Shown here piece by piece: positions 26,215 to 38,759 of a DNA stretch of 64,000 nucleotides (positions within the stretch are counted from its first letter, which is position 1; each line of letters opens with the position of its first letter). The stretch lies in NCBI GenBank assembly GCA_036867785.1, contig CP145413.1, positions 496,001-560,000 of the forward strand. The letters run 5' to 3'. The position numbers were made by a program, and so were the translations under genes. Under the pieces are notes generated by a model. That model was not told the DNA's origin. It made no database searches and worked only from the letters and a program-made list of their open reading frames with translations. Origin of the DNA: Plasmodiophora brassicae. Taxonomy: Eukaryota.

Positions 26215-27685
26215 ATGCTGCAGCCGTTCAGCCGATTGGGCCTGAGTCCGACGTTAGTGAAGCGGATATGCTCGGTCGGCTGGACGACGCCGACGCCGAT
26301 CCAGGAGGCGGCGATCTCGGCGATCCAGCGGAGGCTGCCGCGGACCGATGAGGCGCGCTGGGATTTCTGCCGGCAAGCTGTCGTCATTGATTCCATGACG
26401 GGATCGGGGAAGACGTTGGCGTATCTGCTGCCCTTAATCGACGTCGCCATGGTCTCCAGAGGGCCCTCGGCAGCGATCGTCGTTCCGACAGACACGCTAG
26501 GACGTACGATTCAGCGCGTTCAACCAGGAACCCCGTATCTAACGCGAGAGGTCTGTTGCAGAACAGGTCCACGACGTTGTCAGTACCATCTTCCCCGGTC
26601 TGTCCACGATTGTCGACTCTGAAGGGCAATGCTCGCGCTCGGCCCGAACTGGCCTGCTCATCGGGTCCATCCACGCCTTGTCGAGACTGCCCGCTGACCG
26701 AATCGCCAACCTGCGCTGCGTCGTCCTCGACGAGGCGGACATGATCATGCGGCCGCCATCCCGGTACGAGCCTGCCAAGAAGATGCGGGTCAAATCACGC
26801 AAACGAGCTGTCACCGTCGAGGCCCTGCACCGCCTGCTGCAGACACACCTACCTGGCGATGACGAGTTCGACAGTGACGACGATGAAGGTGAGGACGATG
26901 GCAAGCACGTTCAAGAGGTGGAGGACGATGGCGAGCACGTTCGAGAGGTGGAGGACGATGCCGACGCTGGCGATAGGGATCTTGAGGCCCCGATCGTTGC
27001 CACCGATGACGGTCCCACTACTCCAGCGCTGATGCCGTTGCTGGTCGCCGTGTCCGCTACTGTCAACAGCCCGTTAAGGCACATGCTGAAAGTCAACGAC
27101 TTCGTCGGCCACGTCCATACGGTGTCCACGGAACCGTCTGGGTCTGGGTTGGCGTCCCCGTACGCCATACCGCCCCAGCTGGTGCACAAGTACATCGACC
27201 TGACCGACGTCTACGTCAAGGGTGTCGACAAGGTCGACATGCTGGCGTATGCGATCCAGACGGCGTTCACCAGCCTTCACGACCGCGAGCTGACGCTTGC
27301 TGTCGCACCCCCGGAGACGTCGGTGACGATGGTTGCTGAATCGCTTCAGCGATTCGGCCTTCGGGTATCCGTCGTCGACCGGGTCAACGACGACGAGTTC
27401 GGGAAATTTCGTGCCCGCGCTCACACCGATTTCGACGTCGTCGTCGGGTCGGAGTCGGCGGTCCGGGGTCTGGACCTGCCGGCCGTCCGGCAGGTCGTCC
27501 TGCTGGACCTACCAAGCCAGCCCAGCGACTACGTCCACCTGGCTGGGCGCACTGCTCGACAAGGTCGGCCTGGGACGGTGACGACCCTGATCCACGGGCG
27601 CCTGCGCCGCGAATCCATGCAGCGCCTGGCCGAACAGCTCCAGATCGCTGTCGATGAAACCGTGCTGAACTTCGATGCGGTTTAG
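26215..27685 (+). CDS. DEAD-box RNA helicase
   Basis: Q motif (PTPIQ), TGSGKT, VLDEAD, SAT, RGLD, HLAGRTAR; short introns in the 5' part. Confidence 0.88.
26891..26960 (+). repeat. 30-bp coding tandem repeat, ~2.3 copies (EDDGKHVQEV/EDDGEHVREV)
   Basis: gaggacgatggc(a/g)agcacgttc(a/g)agaggtg repeated. Confidence 0.9.
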
Positions 27686-27785
27686 AGCGTTGTGCGTGCA
27701 AATATAGTTAAAGTTGTATTCCACGAGATCCCGAAATGTATGGGTGTTGATTGAAACACCGTTGCTTTTAAGATTGTGGGTGAAT

Positions 27786-28157
27786 TTAAGCGCTGGACTG
27801 CGTGTACTTGGTGACGGCCTTGGTGCCTTCGGAGACGGCGTGCTTGGCGAGCTCACCGGGCAGGATCAGGCGGACAGAGGTCTGGATCTCACGCGACGAC
27901 AGGGTGGACTTGGAGTTGTAGCGCGCAAGACGGCCGGCCTCCAGGGCGATGCGCTCGAAGATGTCGTTGATGAACGAGTTCATGATGGACATGGCGCGGC
28001 GCGAGATACCCGTGTCGGGGTGGACCTGCTTCAGGACCTTGTAGATGTACGTCGCGTACGACTCGACGCGCTTCTTGTGGCGCTTCGAGCCCTTGCTCGG
28101 CTGCTTGGCCGTCTTGCCGGCGGCCTTGGTCGCGCTCGGGGCCTTCTTTGGCGGCAT
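27786..28157 (-). CDS. H2B: Histone H2B
   Basis: MPPKKAPS...[40 protein letters not shown]...[21 protein letters not shown]. Confidence 0.98.
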   Translation of the reverse strand: MPPKKAPSATKAAGKTAKQPSKGSKRHKKRVESYATYIYKVLKQVHPDTGISRRAMSIMNSFINDIFERIALEAGRLARYNSKSTLSSREIQTSVRLILPGELAKHAVSEGTKAVTKYTQSSA

Positions 28158-28584
28158 CGTCAACTCAGATGAATCGGAACTTGATCTGCTCGTAACGCGC
28201 ACGAAATGATTATGACGACGACGCCGTGGTTGCAGACGACGACGTTGTTCGAAGTTCGAACCCCGCCCGGCGCCGGTCAGGGACGAGAAGCGCGCCAAAC
28301 CGTCCGCCGCATACCAGGGACGGACACACCACGGTCGGGGCCTATGACCGCCTTGTCCGGCAAAACGCGATCCTATTGGCTGGTTCAGCCGCCAAAACGC
28401 GCTCAGGCCGTGCGGCGCCGACAAGTCGCCAAGGTGGTCCAAGGATCGAAGCAGACTATCGGAATTGGACAACAGGTCAAGCAGTAAACCTCATCGTGGA
28501 TAGTTGTACTGCATGCACGCACGGTATAATAACGAGGAATTTGATCATCTATATTACTTCCATGAACGATATAGAATATGTTCG

Positions 28585-30770
28585 TCACGATGTTGATCGA
28601 TTGGGTGGCTGCGGTGGAGGTGGCAGACGCCTATTGAAGGACATCGGCGGGCCCAGCCGGCTCGCCGTTGATGATGTCATTTCGAGACTCCATCTTGAGC
28701 TGGTAATCGCGCCGCTACAATACACACGGGTTGGTATAGTACTGCAGGCTGCGAATGCGCTGATGTGCCCACCTTGGAGGGACACCGCCAAGATTACTCT
28801 TGAAACGGGGGAGATCAATATGCGTCGGCGGTGCGGGCGCATCGACAGGAGCATTCATATAGGTCTGCATAAGCTCTGATAGATTGGACAACGGAGTGGT
28901 GGACCCTGGTCCAGCGCTCGCTGCATCACAGCCGAACGTTAGTTTCGGCAGCCAGCCAGAGGTAGTTAGTGATAACTACCTGGAGACAATCCGCTCAAGG
29001 CAGCAGGACGACCGGCTGCCTGGGCCGAATACGCTTGTGCTTGGGCAGGAGCAGATGCCTCGATGTCTGATTTCATCCATGCTTAGTGGACGATACCGAA
29101 CCGATAACGAGACAGGTTACCAGCCATCGACGATGTGCGCCCTAGCTTCGGGATCGTAGTTAATCGTGGGATCGTAGCAAGGCTAGGCTTTGCATTTGTT
29201 GGATCAGGCCCTGTTGTATCAATATCCATGCCGTCCTGATTTCTTGTCGGTTCTTCAGCGCCATGGTCTCTTCTGAAGGACACCGGGGAAACGGGAACCG
29301 ACCCGCCGGGGGACGACCGTTGTGACCCGGTCATCGCAGCCGGAGGTGGAGTCCTTGGAACCTGTCGAGGCGGTGGACTGTGCGACCGACTCCTGGACCG
29401 TCTGCCTGTAGAGATGGTTAAATAGCGCCTCCATTCAATCCAAGCCAACCTACCTTCGTTCTGGATGCCGGCGCGATCCCCGTCCACGACCATAGCAGAG
29501 GTATCGCGATCTGAACGAGAATACAACGCAGGGTCTGCGAGGTACTGTTGAACCAGTTGATTTCTTAGGGGCAGTTGTTGGGAGGACAACGCAGTCTCCA
29601 CTGCTGGATGGTTCGGTCCGTTCTCGTTAAGGCCCCTTTGCTGCATGAGCCAAACCTGGGAAAGTCCGAATTGAGTCCATATTGTTCCACGAAGCACGGA
29701 TTATGCATAGCGAACCTTTGCGCCCAGGTACAGGGGACTGACAGGAAACAGACGCTTCAGCAGCGCAGGGGATGCCTTTAGCTGGTCCAAATCATACGCT
29801 CCTAGCATATCACCAGGAACCGAGTCTGCAGCTACAGACATGGTCATGGCGATGCGAAAGCACAGCTTCGGCGTGTCGTACCAGATTTGGAAGCTTGTGA
29901 GGTTCGCGATTTCTTCCGCTTCAGAGTAGGCCCGCTCTCAGGTCCATTAGCGTTTGCATTAGAATGAGCAGCTTCAGGAGTCGTCACGCCTCCACTCCTT
30001 CTTCGCTTCTTGTCACGATCTTCCATCAACTGTATTGTTTGCATGATCTTGGCGATCTTACGCTCCTCTCTGAGACGGGAGTTAGTCTTAACTCTTTGGA
30101 TACCGCATTGCGACCAACCGAGATAGTTGACGTCGCTGCTCATCTTCGGGCGCAGACGCATTTTCTGTACCATGTCCAGAGGCGCCGGGAACAATGGCGT
30201 CGGCTCCAGGGACGATAGGTGCAGACTTATCACTTGGCGCATCAGCCTCCAGAACGGTCTACCACACAGTTGAAACAAATTGACCAGAGTGAACTGACAA
30301 GCCAGCATACGGAAGGCTGTTTCTTCGGCTTAGCTTTCTTCTTTTTCACGACGGTTGGCTTTCCAGCGACAACTTTTACAGCACCGGCGGCCGGCCGTAG
30401 GCCCCCGACCCAATGTCCTCTTGCGTCGTGGAGATCAGGTCGGCAAAGTTCACAGAAGTACTCTTTCGGGACTTTGCCTTTGTCAACCTGACTGCCTTAG
30501 TCAGAAATATAACAGTAAACGCAACGCGAATATCGTACTCGAACGCAATCGCCATGCTGCCAGACTTGACATATCTCGCATTCGATCATGAAACCGTCCT
30601 GCGACACGGTCAACACTTAGCGACGGCATCATAATTCGCAGGCGAAATACCACTTGTGAGTTATCGTCGCAAACGCATCGAGTGACCCACTGATCCGAGC
30701 TGCCCTGAACGCCATCGCCATCATCGGCGTCCGAGCTCACCGGCGAATCATTGCCGTTCGCCCCGGACAT
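28585..30770 (-). CDS. PHD-finger chromatin protein (Set3/MLL5/SETD5-like motifs), multi-exon
   Basis: VTRCVC...FMIECEICQVWQHGDCV...YFCELC PHD finger; LREERKIAKIMQTIQLMEDRDKKRRR motif; 3' exon structure uncertain. Confidence 0.72.
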
Positions 30771-31019
30771 CCAACCTCGGGACCGCCACGCTCACTGCGG
30801 TACCGCCTGCGACGTCCCCTGTCGTGTTTAGGCAGCGACCACGGGCGCGGCAGCCGCCGACCAGCGAGAAACGGTTGGTCCCCAACACGAAACCGATTCG
30901 TTTGGTCGCGATCGCCACGGACTTTGCTGAGCGGCTCCAAAGGAGGCCCAAAAAAATATCCCGTCCGCCGCCCATTTCGACGCGCCGGCGTCTGTTTTGC
31001 CACTGATGACGGATCACAG

Positions 31020-31444
31020 GCACTGTCGGGGCGTCGGCTCAGCCGTGCTGCGCCAGCGGGGCTGACTTGACCACTTGCTAAAAATGGTCGAGCAGGACCG
31101 TCCTGTGGAACGGCGCTGCATGTGAGACGGGGCACGTCAGGCTGTATTGGGATGTTCTTGTTGACGTTCTACCGAGACTGTGCCTCCGTGTCGGTGCTTG
31201 TCAGTGTCGAGCTGAAATCGCCTGTCGTTGATGACGTCATGGTGCTCGACTTCGACGACGTGACGTCTAGCTCGCCGCTCCATAACGGCCGACCGTTCTC
31301 CCAGCGCACCACGGTGCTGAATACGTCATCGGTCACGTCCCGCTGGCGTCGGGCAGTCGGCCGCTTGCGCTTCCTCGTCGCTGGAGCATTGCACGCCGCA
31401 TCGTTGCCCTCCATATTTTCTGCCGCACTGGTCTGCACGGGCAC
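31020..31444 (-). CDS. Small hypothetical protein with basic NLS-like motif
   Basis: ORF 31169-31444 (RKRKRP) followed by a plausible GT-AG intron; boundaries uncertain. Confidence 0.3.
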
Positions 31445-32768
31445 CGTCCCGGACAGTCATACACACGGCCGATGACGCCCTGAACGGGAATTGCTTCGAG
31501 AGCATTCGAGACTAAAACCTCCGGGAACGCACATTCATCTCACGTGTTGGCGGTAGCTATGAAATGCATACCAACGGTACGTGTGGCGTTTGGCCGTTAC
31601 TATTGTTGTGTGTCAACCCTCACTGGGCCGGTACCCTCCTCGAGCAGGATGATGAGCGACGGTAGGCCGGGACAGTGACGAAAATGAAAGGTACGGGCGT
31701 CTCTCTTCTTTCGATCTCGCGCTCAACACCTCTGCTGCAGCCATCCACCACGAGTGGATCATTGAAGGTCCTTCGTATTGCCTTGTTGTGTGCTGACGCG
31801 GGAAACCGGACCAGATATGTCAACCTCATTCGCTCCTTTCCGGCTCCGATTCCACGACCTGTTGCTACTTGTACGGAACCTGCAGTCCGCCTCCGAAAGA
31901 CCCAGAGATCGTACCTGTCGCGCATGCGTCCGATCCAAACAAACCGCAAGTTGCGACAGTGCCGTCGTAGCCAGATGTCACCGCGTCATGGTATGCCGAC
32001 CTGATTACCTGCCGAGAGTCCAGCTGAGCGGTCAATTCCTTGACAGCTTCCACGCTGGTGTGTGCATATTGCTACGAGGAACGGCGCTCCATGGCCAACC
32101 GGAAAGGTTGCCCAAAGCCACAGAACGGTCCGCCTTACGCTATCAATCTCCTCTGACGAAGACCCTGCCAGAACTGTTGAAGGTCGAAACGCATTGTATT
32201 TTGATGCTATGGTGCTCAATGGTCGTTACGAATGCAGCCCCGTCCGATTTATCTTGAGAAATGCATGCTGAATGCTGGCCCACATGACGGTTGTCCGTCT
32301 TCCGGGATGACGATGTCCTCTTCTTGGTCATGTCATTGCCGGTGACGCAACTTGTGCAGCGAACATCGATGGCATTGGAGATGCCAGCATCCGATATCAA
32401 ATGACAGAGACGGGACAATACTTGTCGGCGAGATTACATGTTCTACCGTACCTCCAACATACGGAGTCGTCCATAAGTTCGAAGGCACGTCGTTCCAGCT
32501 GTCTGTCTCCGTCCGGTTCCGATCGTTGTCGTGAATCACGTTTCGCCTTCCGATGGGATACCTTCCGGGTGGTCGTGACTCATGATCCGTAGAACGGCAG
32601 GGCCCTCCTCCGTAAAGCGGGCCTCATTCGAAATTCGCCAAACTCGATCGAACAGGCTTCCATCGCTGCCAAAGCCGACCACCGACCACTCGCCCCAGCA
32701 GCGAGGACTAGCCCTGTTCATCGACCCCAAACCTGTCCCAACACCACCACCAACCCATCATCAAGGAA

Positions 32769-34796
32769 ATGCAGTTCCAGGACGATCGCAACGCCTGTGA
32801 CGAATTCAACACGACATCCAATCCGTGCGCGTTCGACTTCGAGCTAACGCGCCCGACGCCCGACGACCGGTTCGTGTCGATCCCGCGACACTCGTCTGAC
32901 TGGACCGACCTGCTGAAACGGCACCCGGACGCGTTCGTCGTTCGCGTCAAAGGCCTCGCTGATGGCGGTGCCGCTGATCACTGCTCGCGATTCGAATCGG
33001 CCGCCCAGCAGACCGCACTGGCGACCGGGGCACTGAGCGCCGTCGGCAAGTTCGCCGAGTTCAGCGTCTCAGAAACGTCACCCATGCGCGCCTGCATCAC
33101 CCTGCTCTTCCTGTATGGCAACCCGTCCATGCACGACCGCGCCGCCTTCAACAACGCGCTCGCCATGATGCTTGACATGGAGAACGTCGACCCGTACATC
33201 ACGTACGAGATGCTGGACAGCTTCCTGTGCCGTCGTGGGCTCGTGTCCGGCACGACGGAATCAAGCACTGCCCTCAACCTGCTTCGGCAAAGCGTGCGCG
33301 GTCGACGACCAGTATCATCCCTGTTTCTGAAGCTGTCCACCGCGTACAGCGACGAGTGTCTGGAGTTGCTTCGCGACCTCCGGCACGTCGACAACGTCGC
33401 TGACCTGCTTGGGGCGCGATCCATCCACAAACTAGTCGTGTCGTGCGCCTCGAAGGCCGCAGCGGGGAGCGAGGCGCCGCTGGTGGTCGCCATGGAGATC
33501 CTGTCGCTTGGCGCCGAACCGAAAGACTGGGGGTACGTCGCCTTCAACACGCTGCTGCGAATGGCGACAGAACGGCACCCTGATCGTCAGAAACGGATCG
33601 CGACCGTCTGCGACATCATCACGTCGTCGTCGCTGGACGCCCTCGACAAGCTGTCGCTTTACCTGATCTCTGAGCTCGGCGACCTGCAGCAAGTCGACGC
33701 CCGTGCCGAACGCATCCAGTCGATCCTGGCGTCCAAGGCGCCCGCGTCAGCGTCCGACCTCCAGTTCCTGTCCGAATTGATGGCGTGTGGGTCGCCGTCC
33801 GCTTGCCACCTGGCCGGGATCATCCTGAGGCGCTGCGCGGATCACGGCAAGAGCGAGCTCGGGTGGAACCTGGCGTCGTCCATCACGGCCGTCAACAAGC
33901 AGGTCCTGAGCGAAGCGGTCCATCTTTGCAGCAAGGCGTACTTCAGCGAGGGGAGCCACCGGATTCGCCAGATCTGGTTTGCTCGCGTTCGATACTGCAT
34001 CGAGCGGCACTTGCTCTTCCTGAACCGGTACCCGTGCGGTCTGGCCCTGCATCTGGCATCGCACGCCCGCCAGTTCGACTTGTGCTGGCGATGGTTCTCG
34101 ACGATGAACGACGAGCTGGCGTTCCGCTTGACCGGGTACCACACGTCGGCCGTCCTGAAGGCGGCGTCGTACGCCGACAACCTGGACGCGCACATGCCCA
34201 AGATCAAGCAGGCGTACCAGATGACGCCGGCCGCCGAGAAGACGACGTTCACGTTCGTCCCGATGGTCCGCATCTGGAGCCTGTCGTCCAGCGCGTCTCG
34301 TACTGTCGAGAAAGCGTTCTGGGACGACATCTCCCGCGATATCACGACCATGCTGAACGAGGGCGACGGGCGGCACGATGCGAAGATGGTGAGCAAGTTG
34401 CGCCAGTGGCAGACGTCGTACTCGCGATGGACGGCGGCCAAGAAGGACACCAGACAGGAGAAGGCTGCAGATACCATCGTGATGCCGACGAACGCGAATG
34501 CGAGGAGCACGATGCGATACCCGGGCCCGCGTCATTGGTCGTCGACAGCAGCACCATTCATTAAGATGGCACCTTCGAAGACGGACGTCGTCGCATCCGT
34601 CGTCGACGACGTCCTGGCTACGGCCGACGACGTCGCCCCGCCCGCCGCCAAGGCGACCACCAGTTCGGCACCGTGGCGACGCGTCACGAACGGGTCGACG
34701 CTGCCGCAGATGCCGCTGATCCTCGACAGCTGGACGCCGTCGATCTGGACCGACCGCACTCCCGCGGCCAACAGCGCCTGGCGACGCAACTGCTGA
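32769..34796 (+). CDS. Hypothetical 675-aa helical protein with degenerate PPR-like repeats
   Basis: Intronless ORF with strong GC3 bias; YVAFNTLLRMA and ARQFDLCWRWFSTM...TGYHTSAVLKAA resemble the PPR consensus. Confidence 0.6.
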   Translation: MQFQDDRNACDEFNTTSNPCAFDFELTRPTPDDRFVSIPRHSSDWTDLLKRHPDAFVVRVKGLADGGAADHCSRFESAAQQTALATGALSAVGKFAEFSVSETSPMRACITLLFLYGNPSMHDRAAFNNALAMMLDMENVDPYITYEMLDSFLCRRGLVSGTTESSTALNLLRQSVRGRRPVSSLFLKLSTAYSDECLELLRDLRHVDNVADLLGARSIHKLVVSCASKAAAGSEAPLVVAMEILSLGAEPKDWGYVAFNTLLRMATERHPDRQKRIATVCDIITSSSLDALDKLSLYLISELGDLQQVDARAERIQSILASKAPASASDLQFLSELMACGSPSACHLAGIILRRCADHGKSELGWNLASSITAVNKQVLSEAVHLCSKAYFSEGSHRIRQIWFARVRYCIERHLLFLNRYPCGLALHLASHARQFDLCWRWFSTMNDELAFRLTGYHTSAVLKAASYADNLDAHMPKIKQAYQMTPAAEKTTFTFVPMVRIWSLSSSASRTVEKAFWDDISRDITTMLNEGDGRHDAKMVSKLRQWQTSYSRWTAAKKDTRQEKAADTIVMPTNANARSTMRYPGPRHWSSTAAPFIKMAPSKTDVVASVVDDVLATADDVAPPAAKATTSSAPWRRVTNGSTLPQMPLILDSWTPSIWTDRTPAANSAWRRNC

Positions 34797-34952
34797 ATTA
34801 TACAAAGGACGCCCTGACTGTGCGAACTGCACGTCCGCTTGCTGTTGGACGAAAAAGGCCGGAATCGTTCCGTAGAACGTTCGGTCGCAGAGGACAAATT
34901 CGTCCACCCGTTCGTCGACAAGCATCATTCAAAGGGGGTCGCGAACCGCACA

Positions 34953-35761
34953 ATGCATATAGCGATCTTTGGGGCGTCGCGGCCGATGGGCGCGCAGGCT
35001 GCTGCGCTGGCGTTGCAGCGTGGGCACACGGTGTCGGTGGTGTCGAGGTCGGGCGCGTCGGACCTCGCGGGGCGCGCTGGCGTGTCGATCGTCAAAGGCG
35101 ACGCGACCGTCGAGGGCGATGTCCGCAGCGCTGTCGAGAAGGCCGACGCCGTGTTGAGCTTTCTCGGTGGTGGGATGAAGAACTCGAAAGATGCCCTGCC
35201 GGTAGGAATTCCGTGGTTCGTAAGGTCTTGCATATTACTGATTACGTGCAGAATGCGAGATTCGCGAAACTCATCACGAAAGCCTTGCGGGACGATATCC
35301 CGTTCGTTACTGTCAGCAATATCGGAGCATCGCCCGAATCCCTTGCCCACCAGTCGCCCCTGTATCGCTGGATTGCGGTACCCCTCTACATGTTCGTATA
35401 TTTTCGCCGTTCTTGACCTGGCTCGTTATCTAATGGGGGGCACCTTCCAGGAAGCCCATCCTCGAAGACAAACGCGAAATGGAAGCAACGCTGAAGTCGA
35501 GTTCGCTAAAGAAATGGGCCGCCCTTCGTTGCGGTGCGTTTGCTAGCTGCCACGTATTTGATTATCGCTAAAGCAAGTCCCCTAGCTCAGCTGACTGATG
35601 CTGAACCGGATGCGTCGAAGGTCGTCGTCAAAGTGGACGACACCATTTCGGTCGTCAGCAATCGCACGAAACGTGGCGATGTCAGCATTGTCGCCCTTGA
35701 CCTCGTCGAGGGAAAGCGCGACGACATGTGGGGTCAGACTCCCGCTGTCATCAGCCCGTAA
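34953..35761 (+). CDS. NAD(P)-binding Rossmann protein (flavin reductase/BLVRB-like), multi-exon
   Basis: MHIAIFGASRPMG, VKGDAT, DAVLSFLGG, EDKREME, TKRGDV. Confidence 0.8.
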
Positions 35762-36478
35762 CCGTATGGCGATAGTGACACGAAGACCTGTCGAGTATTG
35801 AAGATTGAGACCCGTCCCAATTCCTGACACATCTCGTAAAACCATCGCACGGTCCATGGGAGCACCGCATTCGTACCGTCCAGCAAGGTCAATGAGAGTA
35901 CTGATGCCGAAATCGTAAGGCCCGGTTTTCGTCGTAGCTCCTCAGTCTGGCAGATGAGCGGCTGCATAGAACCATGGACGACTTCGTTGAGTTCAACTGA
36001 TTGTGACAAGCGTCGATACCAGTTCTTGTCACTCTGATGGGGTCTCGGACACCCTGATCGCCACAGGTGCAGTTGTCCATCATGGAACATTCAGAACTTC
36101 CCTCTTTCCGTGCATGCGACGATGCACGCGGGACATGGTTCAGAATACCTAGTGTAGGCCGTTAACAACGATATCAGCTGATTGCCGGGGCTCGCGTCGT
36201 TCCACCCCTGTCCCGCGCTCGGGTACCATTGAGTTCGGCACCCGCTACGGGGATTGGTTGCCTTGAGGAGTAATCCAGAACTGGGACAGCGTCGCATGCG
36301 AGGACCCATCTGGGGCATTGCGACCCTCTCTGTTCGTAAGGGAAGCAGGACAGTGCCCTAGAGTATAGTAATGTAGCCCAACACAAGATCATACGGAAGG
36401 TCCATCGAAAGGTATCACGTCCGGGAATGAATCCGATCGCTCTACATAGGAGGCAACGGTGTTTCTGTATTATTCAGG

Positions 36479-38379
36479 TCAGGCTGAGGTCGTCGACCGT
36501 GTTACCTTCGTTCTTGGTATGCTACCGGAACGCTCACCGTCATCGAGTAGGCCGTGACCTGACGAGTCCAGGGCTTCCGGCAATGTCGCCAATTCCGAAG
36601 GCAAAGCCTTGTTGGCTGTCTCGTTCGGCAAATGCATCGACACGTATGATGCGATTGCTGCTGTCGTGGCGAACGCCATCAGCGCTAGTGATACAGACGC
36701 GTCTTCCGACAGGAAGCTCGTCGAGATCCCCGCCATTCTTGCAACACACGATGCGACACCGAACCCAGTGCTTCGCAATGAGGTCGGGTAACTTTCGGCG
36801 GTGACGACGTACAACGAAATGAACGCAGCTGATACGCCACCGCGTGCCATGAACACGATGGCCACTGGGGAAACACTTCCGTTAGTGCCCTAATATACGC
36901 CATGGCACAAGCGTTGGGATAACCGTCAAGAGTAGAGCGCAGTTGCAAAGTTAGCACCAGGCAGGCGACAGCACAGACGGCGTACAGGGTGGCAAGCGTC
37001 CTCCGCCTTCCCCAGACATCAATCACTGTGTACGGTACGAGAAGAGCGGGGAACTCGGCCAAGCTCGCGATCAGCAGCGAGATGTAGTAGTCCTGGGGCG
37101 TGTCGTTCGTGAAGAATCGTGGGGACAGGAAAATGACTCCGTAATAGAGAAGGCTCGAACTGAACCACAGCGCCCAGAGTCGCGATGTCGTCGGCCACAG
37201 GGCCGCGCTGTACAGCACCTTCCTCATGACAACGTCAGATCAGGTTCAGCAGCCGGTCGGCGGCACTGTACGAACCGAGACTTTCTCACTAATGGTTGTG
37301 TGGTGGGAATGAGGGACAGGCGCTAACGTCCAGGATTGCAAGTGCAGCGAGGAGCCGTTGACACGGGAGACGCGCGAGATGAGGTCACGAGCATCGGTGA
37401 GACGACCTTGAACGGCAAGGTACCTTGGCGATTCGGGCATCCATGCCGACAATGCAAGCACGACGATGCCAGGCACGGCCGATACAATCAAAAGCGTCCG
37501 CCACCCATAGTGGGGGAGGATATTCCACGCCAGGACGACCTCCAGGACTGCACCACAGCTACGGCCACGATCACATCCTTTCCTCACCTCTTCAGCATAG
37601 CGATGTAGGTGCCTACCTCCAGAACGCCTTCCCAACGTCGCGTCAGACCCATTTTCAGCAATTCGAAAGCAAATCAGTTACTTGGTTTAAAAGGAGCATC
37701 TTGCCCCGGTTCTCGGATGGCAGGAATTCTGCCAGCCTGCTCTGTTAGTTGCAAGCTGCCCATGGACCTGAAGCTAGCGCACCTGTGAATAGCGTGAACG
37801 ACGTGTGCCCACCGCCGAGACCAACTCCAACGAAGAACCTCCATACGCAGAGCATTGTGATCGACGGTGCCGTTGCGCTCAACAGTCCTGGGAAGTTGGG
37901 ATTGGACAGTAAACGGGCCCGAATAAGAACCATCCAATACCGAAGACGGTGGTCATGCTGGCGGTGATCACGAACCCGTACCAGCGCCCGAACTTGTCGC
38001 TGATCAGGCCCGACATGAGGGACCCAATGAATACGCCCAGGAAGACCACGGCGCCGAGCAGACCTTCCATTCCAATAAGCTCACGCGCGCGTTGCAATGT
38101 CAGTTTCATCGTACCGTCGACGCCCTTCTCCAGGTTCCATTCGCTTTTGATGTCCTGGAGTAGGAACGAAAGCAGCAGGGCCTCCATCGCATCGCCGGCG
38201 GAGCAGACACCACAGATGGCCATGATTCGTTTCTGGAAGGCGCCCATGCCGGCCCGGTCCAGCGCCTCCGTCATTGTCAGCACAACCTCGCCGCTCGTCG
38301 ACATGCCGATATCCAGGTCCTCCTTTGACGCTGTCGCCCCTACCCCCTTCTTCGTCATCATCCCCTGATAGGTAGCCAT
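36479..38379 (-). CDS. MFS transporter, SVOP/SV2-related, multi-exon
   Basis: ALDRAGMGAFQ, GDAMEALLLSF, GLISDKFGR, PHYGWRTL, MPESPRYL, IDVWGRRRTL, AESYPTSLRSTGFG, LPNETANKAL. Confidence 0.9.
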
Positions 38380-38759
38380 CTGATTGTGACTGGCGGCTGG
38401 GCTGCACGTCCTCCCGCTTCCCATCACGTTTGGTATCTTGATAGGTACCAGACGGAGCAGTTGTTCATTCATTGGTCTGGTTCGCGATTGTTCCCATCTT
38501 AGCGCTGTGCTATTGTGTCTGTCGCGCATTTTGTTTGCGTTTCTAACAATAGCGGCAAATAATTCAACGTCGGGGTCATGCCGCAGGTTGTTGCGCAGGG
38601 CGAAACTGCGGGTCGCCAAGAAAGGCGCCCGACAACACACTTTGTCCGGCACGGACCCCGGGGAAGGGTCGAGGGCACAACCGTGTACCTACACCACCTA
38701 CCTACACGCGACCGCCTTTGAAACGTCCGCCCGTCGTACGGTCCTGGGTTGAGGCGCAC

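Noticed and set aside
28158-28472. 228-aa N-terminally extended histone H2B from the ORF track
   Set aside because: The extension starts at a non-ATG codon and runs through promoter-like DNA; the canonical start is ATG 28157
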